A stretch of DNA of 63,456 bases, the filler included, from Reclinomonas americana ATCC 50394 (taxonomy: Eukaryota), in the NCBI GenBank assembly GCA_048213135.1. It is 6 parts of 2 records of this genome, joined end to end, with 100 filler letters (N's around TTAATTAATTAA, not from the genome) between each part and the next. Parts side by side here need not be neighbours in the genome. Positions count along the whole stretch, not along the records: positions 1 to 18,507 come from PS015066.1; positions 18,608 to 34,163 come from PS015066.1; 4 more parts are not named here. The stretch is one strand, 5' to 3'. Each line of letters opens with the position of its first letter. The first letter of the stretch is position 1. The position numbers were made by a program, and so were the translations under genes. Below, one piece after another: positions 13,501-25,700 of the stretch. Under the pieces are notes generated by a model, which ran no database searches, was not told the DNA's origin, and worked only from the letters and a program-made list of their open reading frames with translations.

Positions 13501-14755
13501 GGTGCGCCGCTTCTCAAGTTCCCACGCACGGGCGCACCGCAATTCCGCGAGTTCTCCGTTGCGTCCGCATTCGAAGCCAGGAAACCAGTTGCTGCAAACT
13601 CACCCCCTCTTCTCGATTACTACAGTTGTCTCCGAATCGCCGCTTCCTGAACTGGGCGACGACAAAGAAGGGCAAGAACAGCACTGTGGACCTGTTGCAG
13701 GTGGAGCGTCTGATTGAGGGGCAACACACACAAGTGTTCCGCAAGCATCGCGACCCGAATCTGGAGAAAGTGTGCTTCTCGCTCGTGCTTCGTGATCGGT
13801 GAGCGAGGGGAAAGGAGTAGTCGACAAGGAGTTGTATGCTCACCGCGTACTGTGTGGTAGGACTGTGGACATTGCGTGCAAGGATCGCAGCGAGTACGAC
13901 ATTTGGCTTTTCGCGCTGGTGCATCTGATTCGCTTCTGGAAGGCGTCACCAGATGCGAATGAGGCTGCACGGATCTTCGAGTCGGGTGGCCGATTCGACT
14001 CGCCGCTGTCGGCCTCGTCGCCAGTATCGGCGCCGGGCACACCGAAGGCAGGGGTGCGTCGTATCCCCGAAGGGAGATTTGTACGTTTTGACTGGCTCAC
14101 TGTGTGGTTGGCAGGAGATGACACGGGAGCGCGGAGCATCTGCCTCTGGCGGCAAGTCGCAGACCTCGACGCTGACCAAGGCCTTTGAGAGTTGCGTGCT
14201 CCGGTCTCTGCCGTGTCGCGCGCCTCGTCGAATATGCATGCACTCATTGCATCCTCTCTTTTTTCATCATAGACATGATGGACATTTACTTGTGGGGTCA
14301 AGGCGAATCGGGAGCACTCGGCAATGGCCGTGAACAGGACTCGACAATCCCGCTGGTCGTCAAGGACTTTTTGTTCCTCGAGGCGCAGTCGGTGGCGTGT
14401 GGATCGCAGATTGCCGGTGCCTGCACGAGTTGCGTCTCTGCGTGGGTCGTTGGTAAGGCATGGGTTGTCTGCTCACCCTATGATTTCGTGCAGGAACCGG
14501 CCAGCTGTTCACGTGGGGCAGTGGACGCAGTTACCGACTTGGTCACGGCGACATTGAGAGCCAGTTCCGACCAGGTGCGAGAGGGGGGTGAAGGAGAAGG
14601 GGAGAGGGAGGGAGAGAGAAAAGGGTAAAGGGAGGGAGGGAGGGAGAAGAGGAAACGGAGAAGAGAGAAGACAGGAAGGGAGAGAGAGGGAGGGAGAAAA
14701 GGAGGAGGTGAAGGAAGAGGACGAGGAGAAGAAGAAGGAGAAGAACAACAACAAG

Positions 14756-14797
<42 letters not shown>

Positions 14798-15356
14798 CGC
14801 AGTTCAGCAAATGCGTGGCTCTCGATTTCTGCTGCTCGCAGACTGACTCACTTGATACTGCAACACAGCGCTGGTCAAGGCTCTGCTCTCGGTCAAGGTC
14901 GTGCAGGTGGCATTTGGCAGCAAGCACACCATTGTGCGCACGGACCAGGGGCGCGTGTTGACTTGGGGTGAGAACGACAAGGGCCAGTGCGGTGTNNNNN
15001 NNNNNNNNNNNNNNNNNNNNNNNNNNNNNNNNNNNNNNNNNNNNNNNNNNNNNNNNNNNNNNNNNNNNNNNNNNNNNNNNNNNNNNNNNNNNNNNNNNNN
15101 NNNNNNNNNNNNNNNNNNNNNNNNNNNNNNNNNNNNNNNNNNNNNNNNNNNNNNNNNNNNNNNNNNNNNNNNNNNNNNNNNNNNNNNNNNNNNNNNNNNN
15201 NNNNNNNNNNNNNNNNNNNNNNNNNNNNNNNNNNNNNNNNNNNNNNNNNNNNNNNNNNNNNNNNNNNNNNNNNNNNNNNNNNNNNNNNNNNNNNNNNNNN
15301 NNNNNNNNNNNNNNNNNNNNNNNNNNNNNNNNNNNNNNNNNNNNNNNNNNNNNNNN

Positions 15357-15402
<46 letters not shown>

Positions 15403-17008
15403 GTATGAGTGAGCGTGTCGAGAAGAGCCAGAGAATGAGTGAACACACAGCATTTAGATCTTGAAAGCGTGCATGTGAAAGTCTGTGAGTGGTCGCGTTG
15501 TTCGTGTGAGCGAGTGTGTGAGATCAGCGACTGAGCATTGACTGCTTCTGGTTATCTCCATGACAGGCGACTATCGTGTGTTCACGTGGGGCGCCGGCTC
15601 GGAGGGCCAACTCGGTCACGACATGCAGCCACTGCACGACATTTCGCAGCCGACTGAGGTGCAGCAGTTGTCGGAGTGGGGCAAGCGCATCAAGCGTCTG
15701 GCCTGCGGAACGTGGCACACGGTGGCTCTCGATGGTGAGTCGCACCACCCCACCCTTACCTTCCTCTTGCATGCATTGGGCGCCTAATCGCTTGTTTGCT
15801 CGTGCAGAGGACGGCCTGGTGTTTGTGTGGGGAAGTGGCTCCTTCGGTCAACTGGGCGTGTTGGTGTGCGACTCGCGCGACGTGCCGATTTGCGAGGAGC
15901 TGGTTGTGCCGACGCCGATTGTGCTCGAGTTTTTCCAACGACACAACATCATCGTGGATGAGGTGGCGTTGTCCTTGATTTGTTAGTGTGGTCGGGAAGG
16001 CTGCTGTCCTCACTCTTCCGTTCATCAACAGGTGGCATGCGGCAGCTGCCATACCGTGGTGCTTTCGCGCAACGACTGTGTGTACACCTTTGGCAACAAT
16101 ATGTACGGTCAGGTTGGTGCCGGCTGCCACAAGCAGCGCGGCGAGGATGTGTACGAGAATCTGTGGCTGCCGATTCCGGTGATTTTGGATCCAACAATTC
16201 CAGGGTGCGTTGGGGGAGAAGGGGGAAGAGAGGGAAGAGGAGAAGAGAAGAGGAGAGTAGACTGCGATTTGAGTGGTGAAGTGAGGAGTGGGCATGGGGA
16301 GAGTCGCAATAGATCAAGGGGAAGAGTGGTTTATGAGTGTGCGCAGTGATAGGAAGGGGAAGTGTGAATGAGTGCAAAGAGTGAGTGAGCGAGTGAGTGA
16401 GTGAGCGAGTGAGTGAGAGGGGACATTAGGGAGAGTAGGAGGAGACGAGAGAGAACTGAGGAAGGGGCCTGGAATATAAAAAAGAGAGATGATGGTGGAA
16501 GGAACAAGAACAGAATGAGATTAGAGTAACACGAGGCAGAGAGATAGTGGAGAGAGATAGTGGACCGAAATTGTGAGTGAGTTAGTGAGTGAGGGAGAGT
16601 GCAGGTGAAGAAGACGATGAGAAAGAAGTAGACGACTTACTTGGTGATTTGCACATCACGCAGGTTGCTGAACAACGAGCCGGCCATTGACATGACATCC
16701 ATGTGCAAGAGTGATGTGATGGCACGGCATCAAGGCATTTTGGCGCGCTACGTGCCGTTCACCGAATCGGTACCTCGTTCAGGAGCCAATTGTTGCGTCG
16801 TCCGTCCGTCCTGTACCTGCATGTTACCGAGAGTGGACTCACCTGCGCGGGTTTGTAGTTGAGGCAAATAGTTTCGATCGCGCTTCGCTGGGCATTCGGA
16901 GAGTACGCCAGGTTTCCTCGGGTGCCAACCATACCATGGTGCTGGTGGATCTCAAGTCTGGCGAGCGAGTGGTGTTTGCTTGGGGATACGGATTGTATGG
17001 AAGACTCG
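7573..17008 (+). CDS. Large multidomain RhoGEF: Pro-rich N-terminus, IQ-like motif, DH, PH, PRAF/RLD-type PH, RCC1 repeats (continues in 17996-18507)
   Basis: IQ-like AARLIQRNV..IRRYLLRK. DH: HVLKEIRDTEDNYVKSL...YLIMPIQRIPRYLLLL. PH: RRFVREGTL...FFLFNDLLLF. Second PH: LLHGAPLLKFPRTGAPQFREFSLSPN...FSLVLRDRTVDIACKD. RCC1 repeats: LWGQGESGALG, TWGENDKGQCG, LACGTWHTV. About 22 introns; N gaps. Confidence 0.85.
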
Positions 17009-17297
17009 GTGAGTGCGGGAAGAAGGGAAAGGGGGTGAAGGGAAAGAGATTGGGGCGAAGGTGCGACAAGTTAAGGCTGATCGAAGTGAGAGCGAGCGAG
17101 ATGATTGTCATGGGTGTGAGTGCACGGAGTTGCAGCGAGAGAGGGAACGTTGGGTCAGAGAAGATGTGAAGCGATTTACTTGTTCGTGAGTGGAGGGGGA
17201 ATAGGCGCGGTGCAAGAAATAGAGGTGGAGAAAGCGTCAGCAAGAAATAGAAGCAATTGAGTCTCCATGAAAGCAATGCTATTCTCCTCTTTCTCTT

Positions 17298-17330
<33 letters not shown>

Positions 17331-17995
17331 TCTCTCTCTGCCCTCTCTCTGCCCGTCTCCCTCACCCCTTGCCCTCTCACANNNNNNNNNNNNNNNNNNN
17401 NNNNNNNNNNNNNNNNNNNNNNNNNNNNNNNNNNNNNNNNNNNNNNNNNNNNNNNNNNNNNNNNNNNNNNNNNNNNNNNNNNNNNNNNNNNNNNNNNNNN
17501 NNNNNNNNNNNNNNNNNNNNNNNNNNNNNNNNNNNNNNNNNNNNNNNNNNNNNNNNNNNNNNNNNNNNNNNNNNNNNNNNNNNNNNNNNNNNNNNNNNNN
17601 NNNNNNNNNNNNNNNNNNNNNNNNNNNNNNNNNNNNNNNNNNNNNNNNNNNNNNNNNNNNNNNNNNNNNNNNNNNNNNNNNNNNNNNNNNNNNNNNNNNN
17701 NNNNNNNNNNNNNNNNNNNNNNNNNNNNNNNNNNNNNNNNNNNNNNNNNNNNNNNNNNNNNNNNNNNNNNNNNNNNNNNNNNNNNNNNNNNNNNNNNNNN
17801 NNNNNNNNNNNNNNNNNNNNNNNNNNNNNNNNNNNNNNNNNNNNNNNNNNNNNNNNNNNNNNNNTTTCATGTAACAGACATGTTTTCTTCACTTACATAT
17901 CACACACACACACACACACACACACACAAGCAATCGTAGAATCACACAGTTGGAAAGCGGGAAAAAAGAAGAATAATAACAGGTGAAGTGGTAGG

Positions 17996-18507
17996 TCAGT
18001 CGTATTCAGACGGTGGGTCGTCGACCTCGTGCGACACAGCCGTCGGTATTGACATCCCGGACGCGAAACTATTACTACTGGAGAGAGGCGACATTTGGGA
18101 GGTGGTGGTGGTGGCGGGTCCGGTGGTGTGCCGAGTGAGAATGACAAAGCACTCGTCGCACACACGAACTGGCGTGTTGAAGCCGAATTTGAGCAGCTTG
18201 AAGCGCTTGCTCGAGCAGTCGCCACAAAAGAGTCCACCACAGTGTCGGCAGTGATGCTGCGGGGGGATGCATAAGTAACAATGGGCAGGCAAGAGACAGG
18301 GAAACAGGGTGCGGTCGCAACTCTTCTCCTGAAAAACGTGAATTCGGTCTGGCAGTTCATGCAGGCCGTCTTGTCCTTGTCGGGCACCCACTGATGGGTG
18401 ACAATGGCGGCCGACTCGCAGCCGCCACATGCCAGCCCGTGGACTTTCTTGTCGTCGAAGAACTCGACGCGGCGTGGTGTGTTGCGCGACAGCTCATCGC
18501 CGTGGCC
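17996..18507 (-). CDS. Final RCC1 repeat plus FYVE zinc finger; inferred 3' end of the RhoGEF gene on an inverted contig
   Basis: GHGDELSRNTPRRVEFF..LACGG...WVPDKDKTACMNCQTEFTFFRRR|HHCRHCGGLFCGDCS...RVCDEC (WxxD, RRHHCR, RVC motifs). Confidence 0.88.
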
Positions 18508-18551
18508 NNNNNNNNNNNNNNNNNNNNNNNNNNNNNNNNNNNNNNNNNNNN

Positions 18552-18563
18552 TTAATTAATTAA
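18552..18563. other. Artificial scaffold linker TTAATTAATTAA
   Basis: N-flanked, six-frame stops, identical at five places in the window. Confidence 0.95.
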
Positions 18564-18608
18564 NNNNNNNNNNNNNNNNNNNNNNNNNNNNNNNNNNNNN
18601 NNNNNNNG

Positions 18609-21600
18609 TACAGCTATTATTGTTGTTCGGCAAATGATACAGTGGGGGTGGAAATGCGCGAGCGCGAGGAGTGCAGTGGAGCATCGAGTGCCGAGTCGTC
18701 TGGCATCTGCAAATCCCCGGCCGACTGATGACCAACTCGTGGTGGTTCTGCCTGGGCAGCCGCCGGTGCCGTGATCTCCGAGGTGTGTCTGTTGAGCATG
18801 CGGGCGAGAGGGCCGCGACCAGCTGTGTGTGTGTGTGCGTGTGCAGAAGAACGATGAGTGAACTGACAGAGGGAAGACGGAAACGGAGGGCGACGCAACG
18901 AGAAGGCAGGCGTGATCCTCTTGACATCATCGTCTCGGCCATGTACATGTGGTAGTTGGTTTGTGCGCGCTGCTGTGTGTACCACCTCTCCAGCGCCTTG
19001 TACTCGGAGTGCGGGGAGTTGAGGAAGTAGTCCACTCTGTGTGAAGGGGAAGAGGGGCGAAGTGAGGAGGAGAGGGAGAGGGAGAGGGAGAGGAGAGGGA
19101 GAGAGAGGAGAGAGAGAGAGCGCAATCTCTAATTTGCATTTCCACTCTCATTCTACGGTACGCAACTGAATCTGCGTCTTGGCCTCGGTGGCCGAGCTCG
19201 GGGTGAATTCAACTTCGCTAATCAAGCTCCGCTTGTAGCGCCCAATGGCATTGTCTCGCCGTTGATCCTGTTGAGGAGAGCGTGATGAGATTGTGCGTGC
19301 TCACGGACAGCGCTCTCCCGCCTTCACACAAACACACCTGTTCTGCAGCATCGAACGGCGACAAATGGTTGACGTACACTTTCGGCGATGCAATAACAGA
19401 CATGCCGGCGGCTGACGGGTCACCCAGGCGCTTCGGCACCATGTCGGGCGTGTTGAGAGAAATCATGGCCTGTGCGGTGAGGAGATGAGTGGGAGACAGG
19501 GAGAGGAAGAGGAAAGGAGAGGGAGAGAGTGACGACATGAAGGAAATGAGAAGAACTGCTGCAATCACCAACCTTGGCCTGCGCTGAATTCGAAGGCGCA
19601 AACGGTGGTCGGTGATCCACTTGCGGGTACCTCACTGGCGACAGACTGCCACGCTGCTCAATGAGTGCCGCCATGGCATCCGTGTCCCTGCGCGCACATC
19701 ACAATGAGTCCGAGTCGCCCAACTGCATAACGAGAAAATGTTTTCGCAACTTGTCCAACACGGCCTCCACAATGGCCGGGTCAAAGTTGGCCGCCGGCAC
19801 CTCATCAATGGTGCGCGGCGTCATGGAGCTGAACCGCGGTGTCGCCACGTCCTCACTCGATTTGCGGGGAGTGGATCTGTGTGTGAGAGAGTGGTCGATT
19901 CAGTATACTTGCGCGCAAGCCTCTCTTCTTTCCATCCACAGAAACGCACTGCAACATGGGGCTGGCGTCCACGTATTGAGCGATGCGATTGTGTGGGATG
20001 TTCTTGAGTCCGGGGAAGCGTTGTGTGAGCAGCTCGTCTTTGAAGAGGCCCTTGGAGCGCGTTCGTGGTGTGAGGACGCGCTGCAGGGCGCGGACGCCTG
20101 TAGGGAAGGGGGAAGTGAGGGAAGGGGAGAGAAGGGGAAGAGGGAGGGGAGGAGTGAGGAGAAGAGTGAGGGGAAGTAGAGGGGAAGGGGAAAGAAGGGA
20201 AAGGGGAAAGGAGGGAAAGGGGAAAGAAGGGAAAGGGGAAAGAAGGGGAAGAGGGAGGGGAAGGGTGATGGACGGAGGAGTGAGGGGAAGCGGAAAGGAA
20301 GAAGTGTGGATTAAGGGGATAGGAAGCTGGGAAAGGGGAAGGCAGGTAGAGTGAGGGGAAAGAGAAAGGAAAATGAGGGGGAAGGATGAATGCAAATAAG
20401 TGACGGGTGGAAAGGAAGCGTGAAAAACGACGATTGAGGGGGGGGGAGAAATAAAAAGGTATGAGAAGAGAGAAAAGAAGCGGCGAGAGTGGAGAGACAC
20501 GGAAGGGGTTAATATAGCAACGAATGGGAAAGAGAGAGCTGAGTCGACACAAGAGTGCGAGAGGAGGCCTCTCAAATGAGAAACCCAGAAAGCGTATCCT
20601 GCTCGCCACTCACCTACAAACCGCCCGCCCAAACACTGCGACTGCACCAACATGCGCTCCGTCACCGATCCACTCTCCGCCCCAGGCGGCACCACATCCA
20701 GCATCGCTGATCGCTCTGTCATCGATCCCAGCTGAGGTGTGCCGCGTCGCCGCCCGCTCGGCACCACAACGTTCTCCAGAGCGAGTGGTGGCACGGGAAT
20801 AGGCTGTGCGGAGAGAGAAAGAGAAAGGGAGAGGTCAGTGGATATAAGGAGAGGGTGAAGGGAGAATAGAGAGAAGTATGAGGAGCCAGGAGACGAACAG
20901 ATGACCCTCAAGTGACAAGGAGAGCGCTGTTCTAAGAAGAACGTGCAAAGACGTGAGAGAGAGAACGGGAGAAATGGCCATGAGTCGATCAGAGAGTGTA
21001 CAGAGGAAGACTGTGGGGAAGAACAAGAGGCGAGGCTGCGCAAAGAACGCGAGGAAGTGTGCATCTGAGAGAAAACTGAAGCCAGAAGGCCCACGGCGCA
21101 GGCGCAACGCAGTCTCTCAACGGAGGGAGAGTGTGCGGACCCAGGAGTCCAAGAGAACGAGGGATGGATGACAGAGAAGCACACAGAACGCGATGAAAAG
21201 CGTGTCTGAGAGAGCTGAAGCAAGAAGGTCCACAGCGCAGGGGCAACACAGCCTCTCAAAGGAGAGAGAGGAAGAGAGAGGCACATGAGAGGCTCCAATC
21301 ATGACACATACACATCATTCAGTCTCACCAAACGCCCAAAGAGGAGAGAGAGTGTGTGTGCGAGACAGAGTGCAGGAAGGCAAAGATCACAAGACACATC
21401 AATCATCTCTCAATCACCCTCTCTCTCTCCATCTCCCTCTCAACGCAACAGTAGTCACGTTCAACGGCGGCTCCCCACCCATCGCATTCCTCGTCATGAT
21501 CGGACTCAACGGCAAGCGCCGCACACCACGCACCGCCTCGGCCACAAACCCCTCCGCCACAACCACCACCTGCTGTTGCGCTTGCGGATCACTGCCCGTC

Positions 21601-21862
21601 ACCGTCAACTGCGGAAGCACCATCTGTCGCCCACTCACACTGCGACGCGCAGCTGCTGCGCGGCGACGCCCAAACCGCGGCGGCGATGAGGATGAGGGCG
21701 AGGAGGGGAGGAGAGGATCGTGCGCGTGCGTGCCGTGGTGGTGACCGCTGGATTTGCCGCGACTGTCGTGCGTGCGTGTGCGTGAGTGGCAGAGAGCAGG
21801 CAGAGGCAACAACAGCAACAGCGCGCGCGTAACATTTCAGTGGTGTGCAACACGAGATCCAT
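18609..21862 (-). CDS. Orphan multi-exon protein, 3'-partial
   Basis: Ten exons join in frame via GT-AG introns (MDLVLHTTEI|RGKSSGHHH...LFKDELLTQRFPGLKNIPH...VDYFLNSPHSEYKALERWY); no family recognised. Confidence 0.6.
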
Positions 21863-22785
21863 TGTGTGTGTGTGTGTGCGTGCTCCGGGAGCTGCTCGCA
21901 ACTAATTGGTGGATCAGTGGTTTTCCACAGTTGCAATTGTGACCGGAAGCGGAAACGGTGCGAATGAGATGCGGTGACTGATGAGTGGTGTGAATCTGAC
22001 GTGTTGTTGTGGTATCCTAACGGGGGTGTGATCGTCGTGAGCGTGAGCGTGTGACGTGGTGCAGCGTGCTTTCTCGTCGTGCGCCTGGTGTGTTCGGATT
22101 GGCGAAATACTCTCATTCTAACGCAACGAGTTGTCCACTATATGGAGTTGCCACGTGCCTTGATTACCGTGCTCTATGCAAAAAAAAATACCGGTGAGCG
22201 CACGTGTTGTGCGGTGATTGATTCGCATGTTGCAATAAACGCAACAATCGGCGCCGCCTGTTTGCCCAATTGCAACCATCACCTGCGCGGCTCGTTGATT
22301 GCCGCACTGTGTGTCATGCGGAATCCTCCGGAGCCGTGAGACGCAGGGTGCTGAGATCGGTGCACGCACAGCGATATCGATGCTTATTTTTGTGCGTTTC
22401 CGGACGTCAGTTTTCTGCTGGTTTCTGATGTTTAAATCCTCGTTTTGCTTCGCTCAAGTGGAAGGAGGAAGAGAGGAGAGAAGGCAAGCTGGAGGACGTG
22501 TACTTGGAAGGGCGACGACAGATACCATCATCAGTGACAACCATTCAACTGCACCTCCGGATCTGCTCACTCCCCGACTTACTGTTTCCATGATGTCTTG
22601 TTTCTGGTCCTCAAGATTGCAGTTGTTGTTGCTGTTGGGATTAGTATTGTTGGCGTACGGTCGTCGCCTGTCGGCTGTGTCAAGAGCCTCTTCTCAACCA
22701 CAACTTCACATAATCAAAAGTTCATTAGTGTTTGATCCCATATGTACCCAAGTAGTGTTTGATCCCATATGTACACCCAAGTTGC

Positions 22786-25700
22786 TTACGAAGATCCAAC
22801 CGCCGACCACGTCACCGACACCGATTGCACTGCGCCGTCGACGACACACACATGTGAGAAAAACATGAACAACACAATCACCCCAGCAAATCGCTTCGTG
22901 GCACACGCACCATTCGCACTGCCGGTGACGCACACCTGCAGACCGCCACCGACAATAGCCGCAGTCGCCGTCACACTGAACGTGGTGCCACTGGCGGCGG
23001 CGGCCGCTTGCCAGCCACTGGCAAACGCAGACACCACCGGCGTCACACCGAAAGCGGGAAGTGCAGTGACGAGCTGGCACTGGCCGCTGACCACGCTGAC
23101 CACGCCCGAGGCCATGGTGTATGTGGGCGCTCCAGTCGTCAACGACGCGTTGGAAAGCGCCAGCCAGCTGTACTGCAGTTCACGGATGCGTGTGTTGGCG
23201 TACGCCCGCGTGCTGTGTGGCGTCACGGAAGCAAATAAGCCAAAGCATACAGGAGCGGAACAAGAGGAACAAGACACTCACCGGTGATTGAATCCGCCGG
23301 CCACCACAGACGTGACTGCATTGTCAAACTGGGATGCCAGGCTTCCACCGCGTCCCCACACACCCTGCGGCGCAAGCAACACCGCCGCCGTCGCTGGCAT
23401 GCCAGTGACACCAGTGATGGCGCGGAACTGTGACCGGTTGCCGCCGCTGGTGAGGTCCATGGCACCGCCGCTCAAAAAGTAGGAACCGGCTGCCGTGAAC
23501 GCGTACTGCGCCGGAGCCGCCACCGCCAGCCACGTCAAACCAAAGCCGCGCACAGCCACCGTGTCGGGTGACGTGCACACGATCGATACGCTGGTGGTCG
23601 TCGTAGATGGTGAGGCGGCGCAGAAAATGCTGACGTCGGATCCACCGTCGGCCTGCAGGCCGTTCAGACCAACCACGACACGAGGCACGGATGCTGGCAG
23701 AAATTGAGAAAAAGTAAGTGTGAAGGACTGACACAACAGAGGGTGGATGCGAGGACTCACCGAAAGTCTCCGGATACGCCAGCTGCATGCTGAAACTGCG
23801 CATTCCCGAAGTGACGACCCATCCCCCGCTTGGCACATCGACACGACCGGATTGCACGTCTGCAGAGGGCCAGAGTGAGACAACTGATACACAAACGGGT
23901 GGAAGAAGAGTGCAGCAGCACGAAACGAGTTCCAATCACAAGTGTTCCGCCAGTCACGGCAACCGCGGCTTCACCATCGCGCCGCGCGATGCAGGCCTTC
24001 AGGGCGTGCCCGCGGGTCGTCTTGACGCTGACTTGCAGCTGCGTGCACAGTTGCACACCGCCAGAGGTCGTGCACTTGGTGGCGCAGTAGCTGGTCGCCG
24101 CCGAAGAGCAGTCAGTGCGGGTGACCACCACCGAAGGGTCGGGGGTCGTCGAGCAGGAGGCCGCCAGTGGCACAAACGACACCACATTGGTGAGCGGCCT
24201 GAGGTTGGTGCCCGTAAAGGTGATCACGGTCGCCAGATTGGCATGCACGGTTGCCGGCGACATGGTCGTGGGAGATGGCTGTGGGTCCGCAGCTGTGACA
24301 CACACCAATTCATGTGAGCACACGAAAGCAAAAAACAGTTGGAAACACAGCATTGACGCGACGCACTAGTGCAAGAGGCTCCAGTCCAGCCTGCGGCACA
24401 CGAACACACGGCTGCTCCGGTGTTGCTGGCAACACATGTACCGCCGTTGGAGCACGTCAGCGAGCACGTGGTGCACGTGGTGCCAGTCCACCCAGCCTGG
24501 CACACACATGAAGCGACTCCCGTGGAGCTCGCCGCACACGACCCCTTGTTGGCGCAGCTAAGCGAGCAAATATTGCACGCGTCGCCGGTCCAGCCCGTTT
24601 TGCAGGTGCATTTCGGGGCGTTGCTGACCACACTGCACGTGCCACGGACGCCGCTGCAATCAAAGTTCGTGCACTGATTCACCGCATCTGCCACACACCG
24701 TATATGTGAGCGAAAGAACATAACAGAGCGCACTCCTCCTCACAACTCACCAGCGCACAGTGTTCCACTCCGCCCCGGTGGGCAGCTGCACACGGCTCCA
24801 TCGCCGAAGCTGCTGTCGCAAACACCGCCATTGAGGCACGCCAGCGCACAAGTGGCGCACAGAGGTCCCGAGAAGCCAGGCTTGCACTGGCACACGGGTG
24901 CGCCGGTGGCACTGGCGCCGCACGTGCCACCATTCTTGCAGTCCAGCGAGCACTGGTCACATGTTGGTCCGCTCCATCCACTGTTGCACGTGCAGGTTGC
25001 CTGCCCGCTGCTGGTGTTGGCTCCGCAGGTGCCGTTCACGCACGGAACGGCGCACGACTCGCACAGACTGCCGACAAAGCCTGGCTTGCAAGAGCAGCTG
25101 GCAGCGCCAGAGCCGTCCACCGAACACCAGCCGCCGTTCTGGCACTGATAGGCGCAGGTGTCGCACTGCGAGCCAGTCCAGCCGCTGTTGCACTGGCATG
25201 TGGCCTGGCCGCCGACGTCCACGCACTGTCCATTGGCGCAGGGCGACGCGCACTGGTCGCAGTTCGCTCCACTCCATCCACTGTTGCACACGCACTGCGC
25301 GGTGCCGGCAGCGTTCACCGCGCATGTGCTGTGCACCGGGCACGTGACGCCAGTGCAGGTTCCCGGCGGCGTCCCGCTGTCCGTCAAGATCAGCACCTTG
25401 GCGCTGCGGGCAATCAGGCCGGCGTCTGCATGGACCAGAGTGTTCCACAACTTCCACCCGCGGACCTGGTGACAAGGATGGAAAATGTGAGAAGACAGAA
25501 GAGAAGCGTATCACGTGCGGTAGACACTCGGAACGCACCTCCCAGTACGAGCCAATGACGGCATCCGACGGCACCGTGACAGTGTACGAGCCGGAGCCGG
25601 CCGGCAACCACCACCAGTAGGGACCATCGGTATCTTGCGGTGTGTCGGTGGAGACCCAGTTGGCCCAGTCGTCAGCGTTGCCAGGGAACTGTGCCATGCT

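Noticed and set aside
22727-22782. Tandem 27-nt duplication TAGTGTTTGATCCCATATGTAC(A)CCCAAG
   Set aside because: Lies just past the protease stop codon; a two-copy local duplication with no evidence of function.
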